A stretch of DNA of 50,327 nucleotides from an uncultured Candidatus Saccharibacteria bacterium. GTDB taxonomy: Bacteria; Patescibacteriota; UBA1384; CAJBMM01. A model generated the notes under the pieces. The model made no database searches. It saw only the letters and a list, made by a program, of their open reading frames with translations, and was not told the DNA's origin. Below are positions 1 to 7,486 of this stretch, piece by piece. The DNA lies in the NCBI GenBank assembly GCA_964561525.1, contig CAZLPY010000003.1, forward strand, positions 1 through 50,327, given 5' to 3'. Every line of letters begins with the position of its first letter. Within the stretch, counting starts at the first letter, position 1. A program made the translations under genes and the position numbers.

Positions 1-158
1 CCGATCTTCCAAGTGTTGCCAAGGTCTTGACCTTAATACGTAATTAGGCGGTTAGTCCAAAAAATAATCTCCATTAACATGCATATGCTTACTATTGGTG
101 ATTATTTAGTTCAAAAACAGCAGTATAGATTGAGTCCGTACATCTGCAGTTTTCTAGA

Positions 159-1085
159 TCAAGATCTCTTTTTTGCTGAGACATTCTGCCATGCTGCTAA
201 CAGAGGGGTGGCGTTAAAGATTGAGGAATAGGTTCCGACCGCGATACCGAGTAGGAGCGCCAGGACGAACCCTCGGGTGCTCTCCCCTCCCAGCAAAAAC
301 ATGGCCAGTAGCACGATTAAAACAGTTAACGATGTATTAAGTGATCGGGCTAAAGTTTGGGCGATGCTGATGTTTGCCACCGTACTAAATGGAGCTCCGG
401 GGTTAAGGCGCAAGTTTTCGCGGATACGATCGAACACCACGATGGTGTCGTGAACTGAAAAGCCCATTACGGTGAGGAGCGCGGTCACAAATAAGCTGTC
501 CACCTCTACGTAGGGCAAGAATAATCCGAGGATGGCAAACATCCCGACTACGAACAGCAAATCATGGAGCAGGGCAGCGACCGCGCTCACGCCAAAGCGC
601 CAGGAGCTGGCCGGTTTTGGTAATTTGCGGAACGCCCAGGCGATGTAAAAAATGATCGCAAACGATGCAACAACCACTCGAGTAATTGCCTTATTGGTTT
701 GGTCTTTACCGATTGCAGGGCCAACCACCGAATAGGTAGCTTCGTGTGCGTCCGGGATTGCTTTGATTACCGCGTCCTGCACCGCCTTGTGCTGCTCCTC
801 ATTTAAGGAGTCAGTGCGGATAATGAACCCCCGGTCCCCGCTTAGCTGCACTGTTTTTGTTTTGAGGTCAAGCGCGGTAAGCGAGCTTTGCACTTGATTA
901 ATGGTAACGGCATTTGTGGTCGTGTACTCAATCACTGAACCACTGCGAAAATCGATACCGATTTTAATACCATGAGTGGCTAGGACAATAATCCCGGGGA
1001 TGATCAGCAGCGCCGATAATCCAAACCACAGCCATTTTTTTTCAACGATACGCGGAATAGATTGTGATGTTGATATTTCAGTCAT
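159..1085 (-). CDS. secF: protein translocase subunit SecF
   Basis: 308-aa ORF with an N-terminal TM, a periplasmic loop and a C-terminal multi-TM block containing a SecD/SecF-type DTIVVFDRIREN motif. Lies directly downstream of secD. Confidence 0.9.
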   Translation of the reverse strand: MTEISTSQSIPRIVEKKWLWFGLSALLIIPGIIVLATHGIKIGIDFRSGSVIEYTTTNAVTINQVQSSLTALDLKTKTVQLSGDRGFIIRTDSLNEEQHKAVQDAVIKAIPDAHEATYSVVGPAIGKDQTNKAITRVVVASFAIIFYIAWAFRKLPKPASSWRFGVSAVAALLHDLLFVVGMFAILGLFLPYVEVDSLFVTALLTVMGFSVHDTIVVFDRIRENLRLNPGAPFSTVANISIAQTLARSLNTSLTVLIVLLAMFLLGGESTRGFVLALLLGIAVGTYSSIFNATPLLAAWQNVSAKKRS

Positions 1086-1096
1086 TGTTTGTTTTC

Positions 1097-1190
1097 CATA
1101 AATTTCTAATGTCTAATTTCTAATAAATGTCTAATGCAAAAATGACCAATTGGGATTTATTTAGTCATTAGTAATTAGAAATTAGTCATT
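1097..1190. repeat. imperfect inverted repeat built from TCTAAT/TTCTAAT words (secD-secF spacer)
   Basis: Core CTAATTTCTAAT (1113-1124) is exactly complementary to ATTAGAAATTAG (1174-1185). Flanking words extend the arms imperfectly. Confidence 0.5.
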
Positions 1191-1192
1191 TA

Positions 1193-2482
1193 CTAGACAT
1201 GTATCGCCTTTTTGAATGGTGTATGCATGATTAGTTTTAACAACACTTGGGTTACGGTAATGGCAGTGAACATGCTGACCAGTACACCGATAGCCAGGGT
1301 TAAGGCAAAGCCTTTGATCAACCCTTCAGTACCAATGTATAGTATCAGTGCGGTAATGAGCGTTGAGATGTTGCTATCGCGAATACTGGTCCAGGCTCGC
1401 TTAAAGCCTTCGTCGATTGAGGTCATCACCGGTTTGCCACGACGCAGCTCCTCACGCATGCGCTCAAAAATGAGGATATTGGCATCTACTGCCATTCCAA
1501 TTGAAAGAATAAACCCGGCCACACCGGCTAAGGTGATGGTAACGGGGATAAGCTTGTACAGGGCCACGTTGATCACGGTGTAGATGCAAAGAGCAATTAC
1601 CGCTAAGAACCCAGGTAAACGATAATAGATCAGCATAAACAATGCCACCAACAAAAATCCGATCAGTCCGGCCACCAAGCTTTTTTTCAACGATTCAGAG
1701 CCGAGTGTGGCGCCAACGGTTTGCTGTGAAATTATTTTTACCGGCACTGGCAGCGCTCCTTGATTGAGCTGATCAGCCAGTTTTTTAGCGGTTTCAATAG
1801 TAAACCCTCCCCCACTGATCACCGCGTTGCCGTCGGTAATAGCTGACTGCACTACCGGATCCGAGACCACTTGCCCATCCAAAATAATGGCGATATGTCC
1901 CTGCGGTGAAGCGCTAGAGGCTTTGGTTGTAGCATCAGCAAACTTTTTTTTGCCATCGTCTTTAAATTTTAGTGAGACTTGTGGTTCACCGGAAATGCTT
2001 TTTGAGGTAGATGAAGAGGTGGTGGAATCGCCAAAGGTCACTTGAGCGCTATCGACATCGGCACCGGAGACGATTGCATTACCTTGATCGTCGACAAATT
2101 TTAGATCCGGAAATTGGCCGATCCGTTGAATAGCTTCATCCACATTGACCACTCCTGGCAACTCAACACGCAACGTATTAATATCGCCAATCTTGCCCAC
2201 TTGAATCACTGGCTCGGACACACCGAGTGAGTTCACGCGATCGTTAACTAGCGATTTCAGTGAATCCAGGGCTTGTGCTTGCTTATCAGCAGTAGTTTTT
2301 GATAAATCGGCTTCATACGTTATGGCCACTCCCCCTTTTAAGTCGAGTCCCTGGTGAATAAACAGCGTCTTTGTATATGAGCCTAATTTTAGATCCGGCC
2401 CGTTTGGCAACGTCACCAACACCGCAATTGCAGTTACCGCAACGATGAACAATAAACGGAAGTAAAGTGATCGTTTAATCAA
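1193..2482 (-). CDS. secD: protein translocase subunit SecD
   Basis: 429-aa ORF with an N-terminal TM, a large periplasmic domain and a C-terminal 5-TM block with NILIFERMREE. TTG start at 2482 preceded by AAGGTGGAG. Confidence 0.9.
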   Translation of the reverse strand: MIKRSLYFRLLFIVAVTAIAVLVTLPNGPDLKLGSYTKTLFIHQGLDLKGGVAITYEADLSKTTADKQAQALDSLKSLVNDRVNSLGVSEPVIQVGKIGDINTLRVELPGVVNVDEAIQRIGQFPDLKFVDDQGNAIVSGADVDSAQVTFGDSTTSSSTSKSISGEPQVSLKFKDDGKKKFADATTKASSASPQGHIAIILDGQVVSDPVVQSAITDGNAVISGGGFTIETAKKLADQLNQGALPVPVKIISQQTVGATLGSESLKKSLVAGLIGFLLVALFMLIYYRLPGFLAVIALCIYTVINVALYKLIPVTITLAGVAGFILSIGMAVDANILIFERMREELRRGKPVMTSIDEGFKRAWTSIRDSNISTLITALILYIGTEGLIKGFALTLAIGVLVSMFTAITVTQVLLKLIMHTPFKKAIHV

Positions 2483-2602
2483 GGCTCCACCTTGTTGTTA
2501 CTAAGTCGGTTCGCAACCATATTCACTCTGTTCATTAGTTGCTCCTGAAGGTCGCAACCATACTCCCTGCGGTCGTTAGTTGCTCGTTTCACTCGCAACC
2601 AT
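2480..2602 (-). promoter_or_regulatory. three tandem 41-nt leader units upstream of secD (mini-ORFs / hairpins / possible operators)
   Basis: Units start at 2602, 2561 and 2520. Each begins ATGGTTGCGA, has a variable 7-nt core, then GAGCAACTAA (TAGTAACAAC in unit 3). They encode MVASETSN*, MVATFRSN* and MVANRLSNNKVEP*, the last stop overlapping the secD start. Confidence 0.6.
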
Positions 2603-2613
2603 CTTACGAGGGA

Positions 2614-2642
2614 ATTGTAACTGGTTATAGCTTGTGGGTCAA
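2614..2642 (-). promoter_or_regulatory. sigma70-like promoter for the secDF leader
   Basis: TTGACC (2642..2637), a 17-nt spacer, then TACAAT (2619..2614) on the minus strand, immediately after a terminator hairpin. Confidence 0.5.
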
Positions 2643-2645
2643 GAC

Positions 2646-2683
2646 AGCAAAACGAGATGGAATGCATGCAGCATTCCATCTCG
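2646..2683 (-). terminator. intrinsic terminator-like hairpin
   Basis: Perfect 13-bp stem CGAGATGGAATGC/GCATTCCATCTCG (2653-2665 / 2671-2683) with a 5-nt loop, followed on the minus strand by TTTTGCT. Confidence 0.5.
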
Positions 2684-2694
2684 AGTGGCCGATA

Positions 2695-2883
2695 TTACTC
2701 GGCCGGGTGCTCATATGCGGAGAGTGTGCTCCTGCCATCCTCGTCGACGATCTTGAAGCAGAGTCCGCTCTCGTTCCGCGGTGGCCCCTCTGGGTCAATT
2801 CGAGGTGTGCTCGTGCGCTGCTCGGGTGTCCTCTGCTCCTTTTGATTACGATCAGGCCGACGAATCTTGTAACTACGCTGCAC
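2695..2883 (-). CDS. hypothetical small basic/acidic protein (62 aa); alternatively part of a structured RNA
   Basis: GTG start 5 nt after a strong GAGGGGGA Shine-Dalgarno. The stop lies in the loop of hairpin GGCCGA/TCGGCC and is followed by the 2653-2683 terminator. The region is G+C-rich and open in several frames, so coding is uncertain. Confidence 0.35.
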   Translation of the reverse strand: MQRSYKIRRPDRNQKEQRTPEQRTSTPRIDPEGPPRNESGLCFKIVDEDGRSTLSAYEHPAE

Positions 2884-2900
2884 TTGCGTCCCCCTCGCAC

Positions 2901-2924
2901 AAAAAATAGGATCCTACAGATCCT
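2901..2924 (-). terminator. intrinsic terminator after the RHH-domain gene
   Basis: Stem AGGATC/GATCCT (2908-2913 / 2919-2924) with a 5-nt loop, followed on the minus strand by ATTTTTT. Confidence 0.5.
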
Positions 2925-2953
2925 GGTGCTTAATATTATTATACCAAATTATA

Positions 2954-3589
2954 TTACTTATTGAAAGAGACGCTCGGGACGATAATGACATCCCCTGTTT
3001 CAACCAGTTGTGGCAGCACATCTTTTTCCAGCACCGAAAAGCCTTTTCCGATTTTTGACGCAATAGTTTTTTCCATGATTCCGCCTCCAGATAAGGTTTG
3101 AGAGTCTATGGTCATCATGGTAACAAGGGCATGATAGCGAAGATGATATGCGATTACCCTTTCCCAATCTAGGTCAAGTTCGCTCGTAAGATTTATGAAT
3201 GCAAAACGCTCCGCAAGTTGCGATGCCATCGCCCGCAATCCTCCCCCACTCCCGAGTGTTGTAGGATGAAAGATAAGCTGAGCTTTCAGGTTAAAAGCCG
3301 TTATGTCGGTTGAAAGATCCTTGCCATACTCTCCTTGCACGACATGAATGGTGGTGATGCCTACCTTACTGAGCTCGCGTAGCGGTTTTTGGAGGTAAGC
3401 GAGATGTGCCCGTGCGCCTGACCCTCCTAAAAATACCACCGCATCAATAATTTGATCGCTTTGCAGTCCCTTTTTTAAAATTGATTCAATAGCATGGGAG
3501 CGGTTGCGCACCAATTGCTTGTCAATTAATGAATCAATTTTTTTGACTAATGAATCCTGAATAGAGATCGTTACGCGCTCTCGGGTCAC
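2954..3589 (-). CDS. ribbon-helix-helix (CopG-like) domain fused to a nucleotidyltransferase-like domain
   Basis: The N-terminus RVTISIQDSLVKKIDSLIDKQLVRNRSHAIESILKKGL has an RHH pattern. The remainder resembles sugar-phosphate nucleotidyltransferases (LGGSGARA, LGSGGGL). Start taken as GTG 3589 (AGGAG 6 nt upstream) rather than the ORF-track TTG at 3634. Confidence 0.65.
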   Translation of the reverse strand: MTRERVTISIQDSLVKKIDSLIDKQLVRNRSHAIESILKKGLQSDQIIDAVVFLGGSGARAHLAYLQKPLRELSKVGITTIHVVQGEYGKDLSTDITAFNLKAQLIFHPTTLGSGGGLRAMASQLAERFAFINLTSELDLDWERVIAYHLRYHALVTMMTIDSQTLSGGGIMEKTIASKIGKGFSVLEKDVLPQLVETGDVIIVPSVSFNK

Positions 3590-3632
3590 ATGGAACTCCT
3601 GGTTTGTACCAATATAGACTGAAAGTGCATAC

Positions 3633-3662
3633 AAAAAATGAAATCTTGTATATCAAGATTTC
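3633..3662 (-). terminator. intrinsic terminator after gmk
   Basis: Stem GAAATCTTG/CAAGATTTC (3640-3648 / 3654-3662) followed on the minus strand by ATTTTTT. Confidence 0.5.
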
Positions 3663-3689
3663 TTTTGTCCCTAACTTCTCCCGCGCTCT

Positions 3690-3827
3690 GTCATCCCCGC
3701 TAGGCGGGGATCCATGATCGTGGCACAGGTGTTACGGTGCGTCTGACCTTCGATACTGGATTCCTGCTCATTCGAGTCTGAGCCTGAGGGCTCATCCCTC
3801 AGAGTCGAAGACCTGCGCAGGAATGAC
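3690..3827. repeat. pair of inverted REP-like palindromic units (GTCATYCCYGC...GCRGGRATCC type)
   Basis: Unit A is GTCATCCCCGCtagGCGGGGATCC (3690-3713). Unit B is in reverse orientation, GGATTCCTGC...GCAGGAATGAC (3758-3827), with a nested palindrome CTGAGGGctcatCCCTCAG inside. Confidence 0.5.
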
Positions 3828-3877
3828 AAGACAAAAGCATTACCCTTCAAACGGGTGAGGGGTTATTAAATAAAATA

Positions 3878-4453
3878 TTACTCTTGTACAATCCGAGGGC
3901 GAATAAACGAAGCAACTTGGGCCACAACTTCCTGGAGGTGGCCGGTTTGATTAGTTATGACAAAATCATATTGGTCTTTATAGGTCCGCTCTTTAGTAGC
4001 TTGATCTAAGCGAGCTGCAATTTGCGATTGTTCCACTATGCGTGACCCCTCCTGGAGGCGCGATTTCAATTCTGTATCATCAACATCAACAAAAATAGTG
4101 ATGGCACGATCACCAAAATGCTGTTTGAGTTCAAGAGCGCCCACTGGCATTTTGTCACAGATCACATTAGTGGTTTCTAAATCGCGCATCAAAGTGGATT
4201 TATGAGTGCCGTAGTACTGGCTGTTTGCCTGCATCACTTCGTATTCCAGCATCTCCCCTTTTTGAATCTCCTGCTCAAACTGTTCTTTTGATAGGAAATG
4301 TCGATTCACCCCATCTATCTCCCCTACTCGCGGTGGTCGAGAAGTATGATTAACCAGACGTTTTAAATTTAAGTTCGGATCTTTGATCAATTCACGGATA
4401 ATAGTATCTTTCCCGCTCCCGCCCGGACCAGAGATGATAACAAGTTTATGCAT
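3878..4453 (-). CDS. gmk: guanylate kinase
   Basis: P-loop GPGGSGKDT and guanylate-kinase-like core (HTSRPPRVGEIDGVNRHF, YYGT). Start taken at ATG 4453 (MHKLVII); the longer ORF overlaps the upstream gene. Confidence 0.85.
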   Translation of the reverse strand: MHKLVIISGPGGSGKDTIIRELIKDPNLNLKRLVNHTSRPPRVGEIDGVNRHFLSKEQFEQEIQKGEMLEYEVMQANSQYYGTHKSTLMRDLETTNVICDKMPVGALELKQHFGDRAITIFVDVDDTELKSRLQEGSRIVEQSQIAARLDQATKERTYKDQYDFVITNQTGHLQEVVAQVASFIRPRIVQE

Positions 4454-4568
4454 GGGGGTAGTATATTCGCTCGCGAATAATTGCGCAAGCACATTATTGC
4501 GACGCAATATAGCATGAACAATGGTCAGTATTGGATTATCTAACCAAAAAAATGATTGAAGATAAGAA

Positions 4569-5660
4569 TTACTGGGCAAACTTAAACGTCGAAACCAGCT
4601 TATCAGCGACAAAGTTCTCTATAGTCAACTGAACGTCTCGATCACCGAAGTTTGGGATAACAATTGAATACTGATATCCATTAAGGACTACAAATGTGCT
4701 GGTTGACTGTGCTGTGCCTATTCGCGCAGCCGGTTTACCACCGAAGGTAGTAGTCTGCGTCGCAACCTTGGTATTGGCATTAGCATCTTCAAACGGCTTT
4801 TTTGCCGCATCTGCGGCCTCTGCTGCAGTTTTATAGTTGGTCTGACTCACGAAAATACCGACCCCGTAAGTATCAGAGTTTTCTATCGAATAAGACTTAC
4901 CTACCTGGCGCAACTCGACCTGCTCTGGCGAGACTTCCTTGTACCCCCAGTCCGTCGGATATTTAAATGAATAAGCGTATTTTTGATTCGTGTATGTTTT
5001 CGAATCAACTGTGGAATCAGCCTCAAATTTAAACGTGGAAAGAACGATTTTCAAATTTGCGATTTCGTTGGTTTGGTTTGTGGTACCAATCTCTGATGCA
5101 TTCGTGGCTGTATATCTTTTCCCAGTTGGATCGCTCCAATAGGCTTCGATTACAGGGCCTCCGCCAGAAGTAAATTGATAGGTATTTATGGTGAGATCAC
5201 CGCTAGTGACGGTCGACACACTGACAGAATCGGTAATTTCACAGCAACCAGGCTTACCAGCTTTTGTGTTGTTTTCTTCAGTGACTGAAGATTCATTGGT
5301 CGCATACGATATCCAGAGCTGCTGGAAATCTGAAGGCTTCGTTTCTTTATCAACCTTTGCAGAAGTAGTTCTAATATAAATCCTGCTGTCAGATGGCGCC
5401 TCCTCAATATACCAATCTTTCGGATACTTAAACGAAATCCCTAAAGTAGAATTACTATACGTTTTCCAATCAGCAGCTGTCGAATTAGCAGAACCTTCTT
5501 TGGCCACTGTTTTTTCTAAAGGCTGGCTTTCGGCAATCCGCGCCCGTTCATACTGCATTCCAACCCCATAGCCAATCAATCCTCCCAAGAGGAACAATGC
5601 AACAAGATAGGCCACATGCCCATAATGACTTGAGCCATGCTGGTATTGTTCTAACTTCAT
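4569..5660 (-). CDS. membrane-anchored secreted protein with two tandem modules
   Basis: AAGGAG Shine-Dalgarno and one N-terminal TM. Two repeats each begin W/K-TY.N...G.SFKYP.DW and end STFKF. No family recognised. Confidence 0.7.
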   Translation of the reverse strand: MKLEQYQHGSSHYGHVAYLVALFLLGGLIGYGVGMQYERARIAESQPLEKTVAKEGSANSTAADWKTYSNSTLGISFKYPKDWYIEEAPSDSRIYIRTTSAKVDKETKPSDFQQLWISYATNESSVTEENNTKAGKPGCCEITDSVSVSTVTSGDLTINTYQFTSGGGPVIEAYWSDPTGKRYTATNASEIGTTNQTNEIANLKIVLSTFKFEADSTVDSKTYTNQKYAYSFKYPTDWGYKEVSPEQVELRQVGKSYSIENSDTYGVGIFVSQTNYKTAAEAADAAKKPFEDANANTKVATQTTTFGGKPAARIGTAQSTSTFVVLNGYQYSIVIPNFGDRDVQLTIENFVADKLVSTFKFAQ

Positions 5661-5682
5661 ATAATCTCCTTTATTTTATTGA

Positions 5683-7461
5683 TTATTTTGACGGGACAAA
5701 TTCTTCAAGCTGGGTTTTGCCAGTTCCATTAATTGAGTTATTCCCGAGTAAAAAGATACTAGCGGGAAAGCCTGCGATTCCAAACATATCCGTTGACCAT
5801 ATCGAAGCTGATACCGGAATCCATTCCGATGTTTTCTGGTCAAGCTTATAAATTGAAACTTTAACTGCCGCATCGCTTTGACCACCCCCTACTTTTCCGA
5901 AAAATGGCCTGCCGAAAATGTAGAGATCGGTATCAGTCCCAGCAGCCATCAGATAGTCCCCGGCAAATTGTTCTTGGAAATAATAGGGCAGGTCTGGACC
6001 TTTGACCCAGTGATCTCCCGCGCTGTCTAAATATTCCACGGTACGTGTAGTGGTTTTTACTATGTCATCATAGCTCGATTGATGAGCCGATGAGAAATCG
6101 CCTGTCTCTCCCCCGAATGCGTAGATTCGGTCCTTAAAGACGGTGATTTCAGCACTGCCCCGAGGGATGCTAAGATCAGGGCCTTTTGTCCATTGATTGC
6201 TGCTTGGGTTAAAGATGTCCACAGTCTTTGAAGTAGTATATCGATCATTTTCTTGCTCATAGGTTGTTCCGCCAATAAAATAGAGCTTCTTGTGAAATGC
6301 GACCGCTGGAGGACTTGAGGATTGTTTGAATGATGCGTTTGTTGTAGTCATGATCGCCCATTCGTCACGATTAAAATCGTAGATATATATATGGATGATT
6401 GGGCCAGAATGAAATGCTATATAAGCTTTACCATCTATCACCCCTCCACCATTTCTGCGGAAGTAATCTTTACCACTTAAGTCTGTGATCAATTGTTCTG
6501 GAAAAGAGGTTTTTTCGGACCAAATGTCAACAATTGGATCGTACATATATACTTTTCGTGCAGCATCGTTTGCTAGTTGTGTGTTATTCAGTCCGCCGAA
6601 CAGATAGAGCTTATTACCATAGTTCATCGTTGTGAACCCGTATTGAAAAGCAGGGCGTGGGGCGCGACGGAACGTTTGATAGCTTACTTCAAAATCTGGT
6701 GATGTTAATTCTGAATTCGCAATCTCTTCCGTAGATATATTAAGAATCCGACCATTGTTTGTGGTGTAAAAATCTTCAGTTTCGGGAGATGCGGCATGTG
6801 CTATAAAATGAGAGAATATTGAGTGATAGCTTACTGGATTATTTTTGATTAACACACCAGTAAAGCTACCAAGTGTGATAATTTTTTGCTCGCCGCTGAT
6901 GTGATGACTGTTAATCCACTCGGCGATGGATTGCTTTGCATCATTTGGCGCAGTGTAAATGGCCACATTCGCAAAAGTTACTTTATTCTCGGAAAGCGCC
7001 AGTGAATCTTTTAGCTCAAAATCATTTTTAGAGGTAGTTGCTGACGTTTTTTTGTATTGACCAGGTAATTCAATCGAAAATCCAAGATCGGTGTTGGTAT
7101 ATGTTGATTTTGTGGTGATGGGTTGCGGTTTTGTAGTAGTTGAATCAGGGGCGTTAGGAGTTGTGGATGACTTTTTATCAATTGTTGTAACGACTGTTGG
7201 TTGCTGGTCTGTTGGCTGGAATAGGGTAAATCCGATACCGACCAATAGTGTTACTATTGCAATACTTACTAAGGCAGGCGCCAAATTTTTAGCAAAAATG
7301 GGGTTGAGAAAATACATTAGCTGATGTTGTTTATCCGTGGTTTCCAATCTTTTGGAAATCATGTGCCAACCTCTGTTTTGGGCGCCTGAAAGTATCTCAT
7401 CTGTCAGTGATGTAGAGGAAATATTGTGCAATGCCTTTTCAATTCTTTGGTGCTTGTTCAT
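5683..7461 (-). CDS. putative anti-sigma factor with extracytoplasmic Kelch-repeat beta-propeller
   Basis: Starts 26 nt after the ECF sigma gene. Cytoplasmic N-terminus, one TM, a Thr/Pro-rich linker, then repeated KLYLFGG / KLYFIGG / RIYAFGG / DLYIFG Kelch-like motifs. The anti-sigma role is positional inference. Confidence 0.6.
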   Translation of the reverse strand: MNKHQRIEKALHNISSTSLTDEILSGAQNRGWHMISKRLETTDKQHQLMYFLNPIFAKNLAPALVSIAIVTLLVGIGFTLFQPTDQQPTVVTTIDKKSSTTPNAPDSTTTKPQPITTKSTYTNTDLGFSIELPGQYKKTSATTSKNDFELKDSLALSENKVTFANVAIYTAPNDAKQSIAEWINSHHISGEQKIITLGSFTGVLIKNNPVSYHSIFSHFIAHAASPETEDFYTTNNGRILNISTEEIANSELTSPDFEVSYQTFRRAPRPAFQYGFTTMNYGNKLYLFGGLNNTQLANDAARKVYMYDPIVDIWSEKTSFPEQLITDLSGKDYFRRNGGGVIDGKAYIAFHSGPIIHIYIYDFNRDEWAIMTTTNASFKQSSSPPAVAFHKKLYFIGGTTYEQENDRYTTSKTVDIFNPSSNQWTKGPDLSIPRGSAEITVFKDRIYAFGGETGDFSSAHQSSYDDIVKTTTRTVEYLDSAGDHWVKGPDLPYYFQEQFAGDYLMAAGTDTDLYIFGRPFFGKVGGGQSDAAVKVSIYKLDQKTSEWIPVSASIWSTDMFGIAGFPASIFLLGNNSINGTGKTQLEEFVPSK

Positions 7462-7486
7462 AACTAATCCTACTAATGTATATGAC

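Noticed and set aside
2480-2602. CRISPR-like array (three direct repeats), with a Cas2-fold-like protein elsewhere at 33312..33887.
   Set aside because: There are only three units of 41 nt, with about 20 nt conserved and about 21 nt variable. They lie immediately between a promoter and secD. No cas genes are present. The 33312 protein matches the PaaX-like pattern with a membrane/HTH-type N-terminus, not a Cas2 operon context.
2650-2900. Possible tmRNA on the minus strand. The region starts GGGGGACG... and contains GATTCGTCGG, reminiscent of the tmRNA 5' end GGGG...GGATTCGAC.
   Set aside because: There is a 20-nt insertion relative to the canonical 5' end. No T-arm (GGTTCGA.TCC) or ...CCACCA 3' end lies within 400 nt on that strand. 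There is also no Ala-Ala-type tag frame.
4454-4612. N-terminal extensions proposed by the ORF track for gmk. Similar extensions are proposed for ftsA (21227..21358), the CheR-like gene (22093..22146), purB (25834..25923), eno (29121..29168), pyrE (34861..35109), the desaturase (44353..44451), the HAF gene (9069..9155) and the RHH gene (3590..3634).
   Set aside because: The extensions overlap upstream genes, terminators or repeat DNA and precede the point where homology to the family begins. Internal starts have better Shine-Dalgarno sequences or match family N-termini.
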